64,000 nucleotides of DNA from a virus: IMG/VR virus record IMGVR_UViG_3300003322_000730, positions 13,100 to 77,099 of that record, one strand, 5' to 3'. The position numbers and the translations under genes are program-made. The notes below the pieces were generated by a model that worked only from the letters and a program-made list of their open reading frames with translations, was not told the origin of the DNA and ran no database searches. Positions 48,483 to 58,545 of this stretch are shown here, piece by piece. Positions within the stretch are counted from its first letter, which is position 1. Each line of letters begins with the position of its first letter.

Positions 48483-49559
48483 GTGCTCATGGTTCCTGAT
48501 CAATTATTCCAAAGAACAAGACATGCATTCTGTTTACCCGGAGGGGGCGCCAAAGGGGCCGTGCAGACGGGAGCCATTAACCGCTGCTTGGAGTTGGGAG
48601 TAGAAGCCGACATGGTGTTTGCTACTTCGGCCGGCAGCCTCAATGGGATTATGGTGGCCATGAGAAAATATGAGCTTCTCAATGAACTATGGGAGCAAAC
48701 CGGGAACACGGCAGGAAGATTTATTTTCGAATCATACTTGGCCGAGCTGCATGATGGCACCGTCAGGGCTAATGTAGGCGAGATTCGCAACATCCTATCG
48801 GCAGGATTGAACTTCGGAGATAAGATCGGATTGATCACCAAGAAAGGACAAAAGAAATTTCTGCAAAAAATCGTCGACAACGCCAAAGGGATCGATCACT
48901 TGCTGGACAATTCTCCACTTCGGGAGACACTGTTGAAGCACGTGAGAATGGAAGATGTGAAGGTGCCGTTTAGCTGTACATTGGTCAGCCTGTATGACGG
49001 AGCGCTTTATACAGTGCCTCACACGAGATTCAGGGACAGCACTAACCTTGCACTTGGCGTCCTTGCATCTACCAGCATCCCTGGCATTTGCGCTCCGGTA
49101 CAGGAGATACAACTTGCAGATGGGACTGTGATCTTCGACGCGGTAGACGGCGGACTACGCAGTTCCAGCCCGCTACCTCAATGCATGGCCGCAATCCCAG
49201 CAGAGGACGAATGGGTTGTGTGGGGATTTAATTGCAACAGCATCAAGCAGCAACTCAACAAGACAAGGAAGAACCTGCTTACTCAGGCCGGAGCATCGGT
49301 AGATATTATGCTTAATGATGGATTTGCCCGAGATGTGAAGATGTCGACAAAGATCAACGAGTGGGCAATGAAGTACCCTGAGTTCAGGGAAGGGGAAGGG
49401 ATCAAAGTAGCCAGGATATTCAACATCGAGGCGCCTCTGGATAAAGAAGGAAATCCACTCCTTGGGAGCACAATGGACTTCCGGCAGGAGTGGATCAAAA
49501 AACGGATGGCAATTGGGTACGAGTCGGTCAATATGTACTTTGAGCAGCTGAGCGTTTAA
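48483..49559 (+). CDS. Patatin-like phospholipase
   Basis: GGGAKG oxyanion loop, ATSAG nucleophile, ASTSIPG, DGG. Confidence 0.92.
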   Translation: MLMVPDQLFQRTRHAFCLPGGGAKGAVQTGAINRCLELGVEADMVFATSAGSLNGIMVAMRKYELLNELWEQTGNTAGRFIFESYLAELHDGTVRANVGEIRNILSAGLNFGDKIGLITKKGQKKFLQKIVDNAKGIDHLLDNSPLRETLLKHVRMEDVKVPFSCTLVSLYDGALYTVPHTRFRDSTNLALGVLASTSIPGICAPVQEIQLADGTVIFDAVDGGLRSSSPLPQCMAAIPAEDEWVVWGFNCNSIKQQLNKTRKNLLTQAGASVDIMLNDGFARDVKMSTKINEWAMKYPEFREGEGIKVARIFNIEAPLDKEGNPLLGSTMDFRQEWIKKRMAIGYESVNMYFEQLSV

Positions 49560-50254
49560 TGTTTATACTTACCGGTTAAATATACCTGACCTTTTGGTGT
49601 AATAAAAGTCTGAGAATGGAGTCTTGTATTCCCTTCTGGGCCAACGACAGTCTCTTTTACATCAAAAATTCCCATTTGGAGATAATTCTGGTAAGGCAAG
49701 TTTTTCTTTGCTCCAAGAGCGATAAGATATTTATGATTCCTCAACCATTCAAAGAATAGATTCTGACCGGTGCCAAGTATTTTGGCAAACTCCCCTACTG
49801 TAATATTGTCTCCGGTAGTCAGCAGCTCTTCCGCCGCTCTTACTTTCGGCGCGTCTTCTTCGATTTTACTTTCCAGTGCCAAGCGCTCTTCTTCTAAACG
49901 CACAACCTCTTTCATTGCCTCGAGATAAGTTGTCGGAGTTTTTGGTTTGAGAAGTTCCTGTTCGCAGGCGATAAAATAATTTCTAATCTGCTCGCCCTTT
50001 TCTGTTCTTGCGAGCATTGATAGTCTCTTTGCAAAATCAATTGTGAGGTAAAAATCTCGAGACTGGTTACCGTTCGACATGATGTCGAACCCCATCCAAT
50101 CCCTCATTTCCTCCGCATACGGGTTCTTTTCAATATTCTTTTTTGCCCAGCGAGACCATTGAGACTTTTCAAACCCAAGGAATTCATACAGATCCTTTGC
50201 TGAGACAATTGACTTCCCTCCTTCGCTTTTTGAAACTTTGATTAACTGGTCCAT
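49556..50254 (-). CDS. ant: Phage antirepressor (AntA + KilA-C/ANT)
   Basis: VSAKDLYEFLG, TIDFAKRLSM, IRNYFIACE, EDAPKV, ITPKGQVY. Confidence 0.92.
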   Translation of the reverse strand: MDQLIKVSKSEGGKSIVSAKDLYEFLGFEKSQWSRWAKKNIEKNPYAEEMRDWMGFDIMSNGNQSRDFYLTIDFAKRLSMLARTEKGEQIRNYFIACEQELLKPKTPTTYLEAMKEVVRLEEERLALESKIEEDAPKVRAAEELLTTGDNITVGEFAKILGTGQNLFFEWLRNHKYLIALGAKKNLPYQNYLQMGIFDVKETVVGPEGNTRLHSQTFITPKGQVYLTGKYKH

Positions 50255-50265
50255 GATTGTTAAAA

Positions 50266-50369
50266 CAGAAAAAGCCCGCCATCGAGGTAGGAGTCTCTCC
50301 GGCAAGGCTTTCTTCAATTTAAGGTCTTTGATTCAGCTCCTACCCTGAATAATTTCTTAATCAAAGATA
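50266..50369 (-). promoter_or_regulatory. Promoter + kissing-loop attenuator leader of antirepressor
   Basis: TATCTTTG; hairpin loop GTAGGAG complementary to terminator loop CTCCTAC; U tract. Confidence 0.7.
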
Positions 50370-50388
50370 GAAACATTCTCACAAAATC

Positions 50389-50820
50389 TCAATCATTTTT
50401 CTTCTCAAACTCCCCACTATAATCCTGCTGCGGCCACGGTTGATGCCGGGGCCTGATAACGTTCTCCGGATCGGGGATGTCTATCCCGCCGAACCTCATT
50501 GCAAAGTGGCGCACTTTCAAGACGAATTTCCACATATCTTCCATACTGATGTTAGTTGTAGTCAGATCCTGATAATCCCGGAAGGTCACCAGCGGTAGCA
50601 TAGATTCCACAAAGATGTCATGCAGCTCATCGATGGTGTGACCGGTTCTTTCGGAGATTTTCTGCAACACCACACCGTGCCAGTAGTTGTTCAGCGGCAG
50701 GCTGCGGACATACTGCTGGCTTTCAATGTGGATCACCTTTCTGCCGCGGAGCGTCTTGACGTATTCGATGAATCTGTCACGTTCTCTTGGGTCTGAAAAA
50801 TCTGCTGATATGTCTTCCAT
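50389..50820 (-). CDS. NinB-like recombination protein
   Basis: RSLPLNNYWHGVV...GHTIDELHD. Confidence 0.7.
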   Translation of the reverse strand: MEDISADFSDPRERDRFIEYVKTLRGRKVIHIESQQYVRSLPLNNYWHGVVLQKISERTGHTIDELHDIFVESMLPLVTFRDYQDLTTTNISMEDMWKFVLKVRHFAMRFGGIDIPDPENVIRPRHQPWPQQDYSGEFEKKND

Positions 50821-51255
50821 TTACAACTTCGTGATCAATATCCAAGTCCGGGGATTCTCATCATATTTCTTGCTGATACTTCCATCGCACACAATACTGT
50901 CATCCTTCCAGAATACGCCTTTCATGGCATCCAGGATGAACTTATCCAAGTTGTCCCTGTCCGGCTTGCCGATATGCCATATAGGCGCATCATCACGGAG
51001 AATATGGGAATTCTTACCGGTCCGGTAATGAGACTTTGGGCGCTTAAAATAAAACACCGCATCAACTCGTATTGCAAAGTCCAACGGCTTTTCCGGGCGC
51101 ATCTCCTGAATCACCCACAACAGATCGTTTTTCTTCGCCTTTGACGGGTCTACGTGCATATTCCCGAACCGATCTCCGCCACTGTTCATACGAAACGTCC
51201 TGTGGCGCTTTTGGGCCTGTGGATCTCCGTAAACAAGTATTTCAATAGGTTGCAT
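50821..51255 (-). CDS. rusA: Holliday junction resolvase RusA
   Basis: KPDRDNLDKFILDAMKGVFWKDDS. Confidence 0.93.
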   Translation of the reverse strand: MQPIEILVYGDPQAQKRHRTFRMNSGGDRFGNMHVDPSKAKKNDLLWVIQEMRPEKPLDFAIRVDAVFYFKRPKSHYRTGKNSHILRDDAPIWHIGKPDRDNLDKFILDAMKGVFWKDDSIVCDGSISKKYDENPRTWILITKL

Positions 51256-51506
51256 CAGAAAGAAGTTTTATCGCAAAAAGTGGGTACCATTTTCTTCAAG
51301 AATTCATCCAAGTCCTCCTTGGTTCTGAACCGCCGCTGGATCGCATCAATCTGCCCCGCCGGCGGAAAGTTACGGTCTTCCCATAAAATATACGGAACCG
51401 GCACCCATCCCGGCAAAACATACCTGTCGGTAGGTAATTTCTCTCCCTGCATTTGCTTGTACTGCCGGACAAAACCGGCTTCTATCAGTTGCTCTTCGGT
51501 GATCAT
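51255..51506 (-). CDS. Hypothetical protein
   Basis: Coupled overlaps on both sides. Confidence 0.65.
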   Translation of the reverse strand: MITEEQLIEAGFVRQYKQMQGEKLPTDRYVLPGWVPVPYILWEDRNFPPAGQIDAIQRRFRTKEDLDEFLKKMVPTFCDKTSF

Positions 51507-51847
51507 TGCAGAAATTTAAAGGTTTTCATTTGGGTTCTTAACTTACCAGCCCCGGAAAGTGAATGAAACTTGCTCAGCTTTGGTTTGATGATTTTACCTG
51601 TGTCAGGATCTTCTTTAGAAAACTCAGCCCAAAAAGCAGTCTTCATCCGCTTGTACTGATCCTCCATCTGCGAGAGCTTCCTTTCAATGATTTCATCACT
51701 CAGGCCCGATTCGATCAAGGCAATGCATTGGTTGATGAATTCGACCTTGCGCTTTGACGCTTTGAATTCTTTTGATGACTTGGAAGAGTGAGCCAATGAG
51801 AAGTAGTATGGCTCAGCCTCTTCTTTCAGGGATTGGATCGTTCTCAT
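51503..51847 (-). CDS. Hypothetical protein
   Basis: Coupled overlaps on both sides. Confidence 0.65.
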   Translation of the reverse strand: MRTIQSLKEEAEPYYFSLAHSSKSSKEFKASKRKVEFINQCIALIESGLSDEIIERKLSQMEDQYKRMKTAFWAEFSKEDPDTGKIIKPKLSKFHSLSGAGKLRTQMKTFKFLQ

Positions 51848-52992
51848 ACAAATTCATTTAACATGACAGGCATGATCAGATGATAGTAATTCTTGGCTTT
51901 TTTGACATCGTCAGAACGAACGATTGCCCCTTTGTTTGGCGCACAGAAATGGATTACCCCCGAGGTCTTGTATGGTTTCAGCGTCTCCGACAGAAACCTG
52001 GCGTTAAAGCCGATTTCAAACGGTGAGAATCCAGCCCTGTGTACCGGAAGAGACTGCTTCGACTCGGTGTCATAGTCATAATCTTTGGAGGATATCTCAA
52101 CGCCATCACCTTCAAGTTTTAGCCTGATTTGCCCCGTCGTTGTGTTACTGAATATCCGGGCCAAGTCAACCTTCTTTTTGAATTCTTTCACGTCAAATCC
52201 AAAGAAGATGTTCCCGTGCTCCGGCAGGGCTTTTCTCCAATCCGGATATCTCTCATCAATCTTGCGAGTGATCAGAATGTAATTCGAGTACGTGACGCAG
52301 ACGTTGTTTTTGTCCCACCGGAAGTATACGGCCGCTGATGTCCCCTTCATTTTACAGATAATGTCTGCGGCCTTTCGTTGCAAGATAAATGACTCTCCAT
52401 TTGACTTACCCGCACTCACATCGTACTCAGCCATTGCCAACCGATGCCCATCAGTAGCCACCAAGCTCAATTCACCAGACTCCTGCGGCTCAAAGAAGAT
52501 GCCAGTCATAGCCGGCCGCAATTCGTCGGAAGATGTTGATCCTTTAACGATTTCCAGGCCTTCCTGAATCAAATCAATTCCAGCAGCTAAATCGGGGCTA
52601 CTATATGACACTGATGGTGTCTTGGGGAAGTCATCCACTATGCCGGAACCCATCTTAAACGTTCCTTCCTCGCATTCAATTACAACTGAAAGTTCATGCG
52701 GAGTTAGCGTTAATATTTCCGAGTCTATCCCGCTAACCAACTTAGCAAACCGATCAAAATTCACTAGAATGCTTACTTGGTTTTCTGTCGACGAAGCGCA
52801 GTCCACCAAGATGGATAATGAATTTTGCAGGTCCGAGCCAAGAATTCTGACGGCTCCATGAATATCCTGAATCAGGACATTTTCTAGTATCGGAAGAATT
52901 GGGTTACGAGCAATGACCGACCGCATCAGGGTAATCGCTTTCTTCAATTCTTTGACCGGTATCTTAATGTTTCCGGTAGCAGATCCAAACAT
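51844..52992 (-). CDS. dnaN: DNA polymerase III beta sliding clamp
   Basis: PILPILENVL, DELRPAMTGIF, VATDGHRL, IGFNARFL, LIMPV. Confidence 0.95.
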   Translation of the reverse strand: MFGSATGNIKIPVKELKKAITLMRSVIARNPILPILENVLIQDIHGAVRILGSDLQNSLSILVDCASSTENQVSILVNFDRFAKLVSGIDSEILTLTPHELSVVIECEEGTFKMGSGIVDDFPKTPSVSYSSPDLAAGIDLIQEGLEIVKGSTSSDELRPAMTGIFFEPQESGELSLVATDGHRLAMAEYDVSAGKSNGESFILQRKAADIICKMKGTSAAVYFRWDKNNVCVTYSNYILITRKIDERYPDWRKALPEHGNIFFGFDVKEFKKKVDLARIFSNTTTGQIRLKLEGDGVEISSKDYDYDTESKQSLPVHRAGFSPFEIGFNARFLSETLKPYKTSGVIHFCAPNKGAIVRSDDVKKAKNYYHLIMPVMLNEFV

Positions 52993-53004
52993 ATACGTGA
53001 GAGT

Positions 53005-53250
53005 TTAAAGTTTAACTTCCTGAATTTTATATCCTAAATTCTTCAATTCAACAAAGATGTTACTGCGCGGATCAATCATGATCTTGGTGTCCTTTTTCAT
53101 CCGGTGGAGACCGAAGTCTTCCAGCATGTTGGCTACATCTCCTAGATGTACAACGCTGTTGAATATCCACTCATTCTTCACCATGTTCTGCATGGCCACA
53201 CGGCAAGCTCCGGCGTATTCTTTGTTGATTATTACAAGTGTTTTGCACAT
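53005..53250 (-). CDS. Hypothetical protein
   Basis: TGATG coupling to helicase. Confidence 0.6.
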   Translation of the reverse strand: MCKTLVIINKEYAGACRVAMQNMVKNEWIFNSVVHLGDVANMLEDFGLHRMKKDTKIMIDPRSNIFVELKNLGYKIQEVKL

Positions 53251-54740
53251 CAGAAAGGGAGCTGGTCTGTTTGTTCGAAGTGATTGTATGGGACGGTATC
53301 CAAAGCCCTGTTGCTGGCAAAAGCACGCTGCTCTGCAATGGAAGGAACGGTTTCCATTGTCGCCTCAAAGATATTGCTGTCAGCAAACCGGTTCGTGCCT
53401 GGATCTGCAAACCTGCCCACCCTGATCCCCGGATCGCCTGACCTTCTTTTGAGAAAATAGTAGAAGAAACTTTTTCTTTCAAACTCTTTCCCTGTTTCTT
53501 CATCCATCAGGTCAGGCTTTGTCCTGCGGTATCTCTCTGGATTGAACAACAGGATAATGGTACTGGCGTCTTGCTCGATTTGACCAGACTCTTTCAGGTC
53601 CGTCTCAATCGGTCGCGGGTCTGGTCTGTCGTCGACATCTCGCTTCAACTGGGCCAGTATAATCATCGGGATATTCAGGCGCAGCTGTATCCGCTTCAAA
53701 GAAATACTGACCTGGGTTATCTGCTCATACCTGCTGCCGCGGGTAGTCTTGCTTTGAAGCAACTGTAAGTAGTCCACGATCGCCAGTTTGATTTTGTATT
53801 TTCTGGCCCATTCAACCGCAATCACCTCCATCTTCTCTGGGTCTGCAATGGACACGTCGTCATAGAAGTAAATTGGCAGCTTTTTGGTCTGCTGCATGCA
53901 TTCATACCATTGCTGACGTTCTTCTTTCGATAAGAGCCCCTTGATGGCTTTGTCATAAGGGATACCAGTCTTCATGGACACGATACGCAGTGCCAGCTTC
54001 CGGGCTTTCATTTCAAGTGAAAAGTATCCGACCGGATATCCTTGCTCAGCAGCAGAAACAGCAGCTTCTATTGCACACGCTGTCTTTAGAGCTCCTGGTC
54101 GACCGCCGAAAATGATAATCTCATCCTCCTGCCAGCCTCCAGTCAACCGGTCGATCTTGTCGCTGCCCGTAGGAACTCCTGACAGTTTACCCTTTGACTT
54201 CATGTCGATAGCCCTGTCCACATCCTGCATCATCTCATCCATGACCTGTGACATTGTTTTTTCCAATGTCTTTCCGCCCTGAATAGTCAATGACTCATAC
54301 ACTTCAAAAACCTGTGTAGCTAGCTCGTCATCGGTGATGCTATTCTGCAAGGAGGCATTGAGCTTCAGGTTCATTTTGTAGGCCACCTGTCGCCGATAGA
54401 GAGAGATTAGCCCTTCACTGGCAATGGCGATCGACTCAATGTCTGACGGGGTCATGGCGTCGAATTTCAAGCTTAGACCAGACTTATCCAGCTCGATCTT
54501 CTTTCCATTTCTGGCCATGTGAAACCGGAGAGCCATTTCATCTACCTCCGCTCCTGATGTATAAAGCTCACAGATGCAGTCGTAGATGTTGCGGATATTC
54601 TCGTATTGGAACACGTAATTTCCCGGCATCATCTTCATTACCTCCCCGATGGCCTCAGGGCAGTAAAGCAAAGCGGTGACTAAAAGCCCTTCCTGGTAAA
54701 CGTCACTAAAATCGGTATTAATGTTTTCTTTGCGGGCCAT
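53250..54740 (-). CDS. dnaB: Replicative DnaB-like helicase
   Basis: GVPTG, GGRPGALKT, FSLEM, VDYLQL, LAQL.R, DLKESGQIEQDA. Confidence 0.95.
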   Translation of the reverse strand: MARKENINTDFSDVYQEGLLVTALLYCPEAIGEVMKMMPGNYVFQYENIRNIYDCICELYTSGAEVDEMALRFHMARNGKKIELDKSGLSLKFDAMTPSDIESIAIASEGLISLYRRQVAYKMNLKLNASLQNSITDDELATQVFEVYESLTIQGGKTLEKTMSQVMDEMMQDVDRAIDMKSKGKLSGVPTGSDKIDRLTGGWQEDEIIIFGGRPGALKTACAIEAAVSAAEQGYPVGYFSLEMKARKLALRIVSMKTGIPYDKAIKGLLSKEERQQWYECMQQTKKLPIYFYDDVSIADPEKMEVIAVEWARKYKIKLAIVDYLQLLQSKTTRGSRYEQITQVSISLKRIQLRLNIPMIILAQLKRDVDDRPDPRPIETDLKESGQIEQDASTIILLFNPERYRRTKPDLMDEETGKEFERKSFFYYFLKRRSGDPGIRVGRFADPGTNRFADSNIFEATMETVPSIAEQRAFASNRALDTVPYNHFEQTDQLPF

Positions 54741-55219
54741 TATACAAACTTCATTTTTGCGTCGTCAGGGATGTTGGATGGAGTGTGTTGCAGCGGCTTT
54801 GGCTCAATCTTCGGCGGCCGGTAGTTTTTTCCCCACGTCGCCAATCTGCCCGGCAGAAAGAATCTCCCCCGGGGCTTGTTTTTTTCCGAGTACCATCGCG
54901 GCACACCTTTGCTGTTTGGCTCTGACCAGTAGCGGAGAAATTCGGTGTACATCGGCAGCGGGTATTTGTCCGGGTGTTCCTTATAGAATGCAGCCATTTC
55001 TTGCCTCAAAACTTGGCACGTAGCTACTCCATCCGTATCGTAGGTCAGATTGTAGGTGCCTTTTGGTTTCTTGTCTTGCTGGGCGTCGAAAATGATTTCC
55101 TCTAATACTCTGATGGTTTCTGCTGCATCGGAATCTTCCGGCGCATTACCCTCCTGAATCCGCAAGATTTCCTTCTCGATTCGGTCCAGGACTTGGGCTA
55201 ATATTTCATCTGCTTTCAT
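54740..55219 (-). CDS. Replication-associated protein
   Basis: EFLRYWSEPN...RLATW motif; coupled to helicase. Confidence 0.55.
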   Translation of the reverse strand: MKADEILAQVLDRIEKEILRIQEGNAPEDSDAAETIRVLEEIIFDAQQDKKPKGTYNLTYDTDGVATCQVLRQEMAAFYKEHPDKYPLPMYTEFLRYWSEPNSKGVPRWYSEKNKPRGRFFLPGRLATWGKNYRPPKIEPKPLQHTPSNIPDDAKMKFV

Positions 55220-55602
55220 GATTCTCTATTTTCTGAAAATCCATTTTCTTTGGCCCATAAGGGGAAATTTTCGATTTTTTCATGCCCGGGTCGGCTTACT
55301 GCCAGCCAATATCTCTTATCCAAAAGCAACCTTCTGATTTTTCCACGTTTATGGTGCACCTCCGTTGCTGGAAGCTCTGGATAAACCGCGCACCATTGAT
55401 TCTCCGGCAGACTCAGAAATATCTTCCGTTCCCGGGAGTATTCTTCCTCTTCCTTGGCGCGTTTCTTGGACCGGAAGCGGATGGTTTTTTGCTTCTTTGG
55501 TTTGGGCGGCTTCTTATCCGTCCTTTTGCTCTGATGCCAGTCGCACTTCTTCCCGCCGAATACTCGCCGGCCGCAGCCAGGTTCGTCACATTGTTTGGGC
55601 AC
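55216..55602 (-). CDS. HNH/NinG-like protein
   Basis: CAV...ATEVHHKRG...WLAVSRPGH; GTG start inferred. Confidence 0.6.
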   Translation of the reverse strand: MPKQCDEPGCGRRVFGGKKCDWHQSKRTDKKPPKPKKQKTIRFRSKKRAKEEEEYSRERKIFLSLPENQWCAVYPELPATEVHHKRGKIRRLLLDKRYWLAVSRPGHEKIENFPLWAKENGFSENRES

Positions 55603-55822
55603 AGCATTCCTCTTTGTCTTTATGCAGCAGATTGTCGAAATGCTGATCAAGATCAACCATTGACTTGCGTATCTTCGCAGATTCCAAATTGATTTCCTCG
55701 ATTCTCTTTGCCCTGCCAACCTGCACCATTTCATACATGCGCTTGATGGTGGCATTCTGCTCATCCAGCGGCAGTTCATTAAACTGGCTTATGATCACTT
55801 CTACTCTTTCTTTTGCGTCCAT
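55586..55822 (-). CDS. Hypothetical protein
   Basis: Helical 78 aa packed ORF. Confidence 0.6.
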   Translation of the reverse strand: MDAKERVEVIISQFNELPLDEQNATIKRMYEMVQVGRAKRIEEINLESAKIRKSMVDLDQHFDNLLHKDKEECCAQTM

Positions 55823-55826
55823 TGTT

Positions 55827-56018
55827 TTATATTTTCTTTATTTCGACAATAGCTCTTGAATAAGAGCACAGATTTTGATCCTCCCATATCACGTGTCTAA
55901 TTTTTGTTACGTGGTACTGGTCATTTTCTATCTCAACATGCTCACCAACTCGTGGAATCGGCTCATTATGGACCGGTCTTCGACCTCCATTTTCTATTTG
56001 TAAAATATATGATGGCAT
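55827..56018 (-). CDS. Hypothetical protein
   Basis: 63 aa packed ORF. Confidence 0.6.
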   Translation of the reverse strand: MPSYILQIENGGRRPVHNEPIPRVGEHVEIENDQYHVTKIRHVIWEDQNLCSYSRAIVEIKKI

Positions 56019-56088
56019 ACTAATGCTATTTTTAAAGTTTGAAGATAATCAAGGCCGGATCAATACGCCCGGCCCTGAATCGAAAACA

Positions 56089-56442
56089 CTACTCAACGTT
56101 TGTCCTACTTCTACTCAGTTCTTTGGCATTTATCAGCGCCCATCTTTCATCGTAGCCTTCCACATAAACTTTGCATGGCTGACGGATGATGCTGCGGGGC
56201 GATATGTAGCCTTCGATGTTTATTTTAGCCGGGACAGCTTCTCCCGTTTTCAGATCAACCTCCCACCACTGATAAAACTTACCCCATTTTGCAATACACC
56301 CCAGTTCTGCCATGTAGTACTTCAAAGCGGCCCATGTCTCCAGGTCGTTGTACTGTTTCATCGACAGCCTTCCATTGACTTCGTTGGCGGACTTGATCCC
56401 CTTGAAGCGCCAGAACCAGTGCTTTGCTTTTTCGTAAGTCAT
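56089..56442 (-). CDS. Hypothetical protein
   Basis: 117 aa packed ORF. Confidence 0.6.
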   Translation of the reverse strand: MTYEKAKHWFWRFKGIKSANEVNGRLSMKQYNDLETWAALKYYMAELGCIAKWGKFYQWWEVDLKTGEAVPAKINIEGYISPRSIIRQPCKVYVEGYDERWALINAKELSRSRTNVE

Positions 56443-56448
56443 TGATTA

Positions 56449-57099
56449 TCAGAATGGTAATTCAGATTCTGATTCGTCACCAAGAGTCTGTGCTGTTTCT
56501 TCAATCGGCGGTTCTGGTTTGATCAATCCCGTAGCCAAGCCATATTCCTTGGACTGCTTGATTTTGTTTTTGATCCACTCCGGAAGGGATTCAAGCAATT
56601 GAAGATCTAGGTTCTCGTATGTGAATATCTTTGAAGGGTGAGCTTGCGGAGGAACAGTCATGCCTTTGGGTACCTTCATGATTGAGTTGACGTTGTTGTA
56701 CACCTTCGTCGCGTCTTTTGCAGATGGCTTCTGAATGATACCCAATAGACATGGAGCGCCAACCAGTTTAACAAGGTCGAATCCCTTTGCCTCGGCCTCT
56801 GTGAATGCCTGGCCGCGCCATGCCTCAAGATCTCCGCGAAGGTTTGCTTTCTTCGAAAGAGAGATGGTGTACTCCTTGCTTATTACTGCTGGCATCTCCG
56901 GTTCTCCTTCTTTCCATTGCCTGGTAACATCTGGAATCTCCCATCCAATCATCACTTTGTTTACTTCTTTGACATCCTGACCAAATGTTTCCTTTACGGT
57001 GCCAATGTGGATCATCATGTAGCAGCGGGCGCCGTAACTTCCGGCTTCAATTAATTCGAAATCTGCCCCGCCGGTGTCTGTTGCAATAATACTTGCCAT
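56449..57099 (-). CDS. Phage ssDNA-binding protein
   Basis: FELIEAGSYGARCY OB-fold start; acidic tail ending ESELPF. Confidence 0.7.
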   Translation of the reverse strand: MASIIATDTGGADFELIEAGSYGARCYMMIHIGTVKETFGQDVKEVNKVMIGWEIPDVTRQWKEGEPEMPAVISKEYTISLSKKANLRGDLEAWRGQAFTEAEAKGFDLVKLVGAPCLLGIIQKPSAKDATKVYNNVNSIMKVPKGMTVPPQAHPSKIFTYENLDLQLLESLPEWIKNKIKQSKEYGLATGLIKPEPPIEETAQTLGDESESELPF

Positions 57100-57112
57100 C
57101 TATACTATCTGT

Positions 57113-58432
57113 TTAAAGTTTCTGGATTGATTCTGTGAGCCACACCGAAACATCTTTCAGTTTCTGGGTTAGCTCTTGATTGATTGCTTTTGCTTCCGGT
57201 GATGTAAACGCCAGCTTCGTGGGGAAGTCGGCGATGCGTTGAGCGGCATCTGTCAACTTCTGCTTGTCGGGCTTCAAAGCCTCTTCGCGCTCAGCTGCTG
57301 CTTTCTCCGCGGCTACCCGGTCTTGTTCTGCTTTGACAGCGGCCTCTTCGGCTGCCTTGATTTCTGCTTCTTTTCTGTCGCGCTCTGCCTTTTCATATTC
57401 CTCTTCCTTCTTGCTAATATGCTCAAGCTCCGTTGTAAGCCCATTGAAAAAGTCAACAAACTCTTCATCGGTAATATCCCTGAGCTTTGGGACACTTATA
57501 AGCGCTGATCTCTTGAACATCAACACCCCATCGTAGTCAATAATGCTTTCTTCGAAATGATGGATGTCGGACAGTCGCTTCTCCAGCCTATCATCATATT
57601 CTTTTTTGATCCGGTCTGCTTCCGCTTGTTTTTCCAACTTCAACCTTTCTGCCTCGGCCTTTTCCCTGTCAGCTTTTTCTTTCTCTAGCGCAGCCCGCGC
57701 CTCCGCAAGCTCCTTCTCTGCCGCTTCCTTCTCCAAACGAAGCTTCTCAGCCTCCGCTTTCAACCTGGCAGCCTCTTCATCGGCAATCCGCTTCTCTTCT
57801 GCTTTGCGTTCTTCTTCCAGCCTTTCCTGCTCACGGATTTTCTCTCCTTCCGCTTCCATCCGGTGAGTGATTTCAATGAACTGTTCGTCTGAAAGTGATT
57901 TGATCTCAGCGGAGGTTACCGACACCTCCCCGATTTTGTAAGAAGTATGACCGTTCCATTTGGCTCCGATCGTATTGATCTGGTCCATCCGGTGATTATA
58001 CCGCCGTTCGGCTTCTGCTGCGATCCTCGCCTTCTCTTCGGCCTCCTCTTTATCGTAGGCTTTTACCTGATCGTCGAGATAATCCTCGATTTCGTCGAAA
58101 TCTTTGACCAAAGACTTTTCTCTTTCCCGAATTTGGCCCAGAAGTTTCGTGAGTGGCGCCTTCAGGTTTTCAGCAACCTTCTCGGCCTTCAGCCGTTCAC
58201 GTTTCACCTCCTTCCGGGCCTCGTCGGCTTTCTTGTAGCCAGCCTTGTCTTTCAGACCGTTGATGGTCAGCGACAAGTACGGCTTGAATTCGGCGAGTTT
58301 CTGGTCGAAGTGGTTGAGAGGGGCAATTGCTTGTTCTTCCGGCGTCTGCTGGGCTTCCGGCTCGGTACTGATTACCTCCGGCTCAAGGATATCCTGCTCA
58401 CCGGCAGGCTCAGTAGTTTTCTTTTTTGACAT
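57113..58432 (-). CDS. Long coiled-coil protein (DUF1351-like)
   Basis: E/K/A/R-rich heptads upstream of SSB. Confidence 0.7.
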   Translation of the reverse strand: MSKKKTTEPAGEQDILEPEVISTEPEAQQTPEEQAIAPLNHFDQKLAEFKPYLSLTINGLKDKAGYKKADEARKEVKRERLKAEKVAENLKAPLTKLLGQIREREKSLVKDFDEIEDYLDDQVKAYDKEEAEEKARIAAEAERRYNHRMDQINTIGAKWNGHTSYKIGEVSVTSAEIKSLSDEQFIEITHRMEAEGEKIREQERLEEERKAEEKRIADEEAARLKAEAEKLRLEKEAAEKELAEARAALEKEKADREKAEAERLKLEKQAEADRIKKEYDDRLEKRLSDIHHFEESIIDYDGVLMFKRSALISVPKLRDITDEEFVDFFNGLTTELEHISKKEEEYEKAERDRKEAEIKAAEEAAVKAEQDRVAAEKAAAEREEALKPDKQKLTDAAQRIADFPTKLAFTSPEAKAINQELTQKLKDVSVWLTESIQKL

Positions 58433-58545
58433 ATGAAATGATTTAGCATGTAGATTCAGAGAAGAAAACATAGCCCAGATAATATACCCGGGCATGTCGA
58501 GCTTAACCCTCCGCAATGACTGCGATTGCAGTTACTTTGCATCTT

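Noticed and set aside
11129-49559. Genome-wide TAG recoding as in some crAss-like phages
   Set aside because: Late genes are long and uninterrupted in the standard code; no suppressor tRNA found
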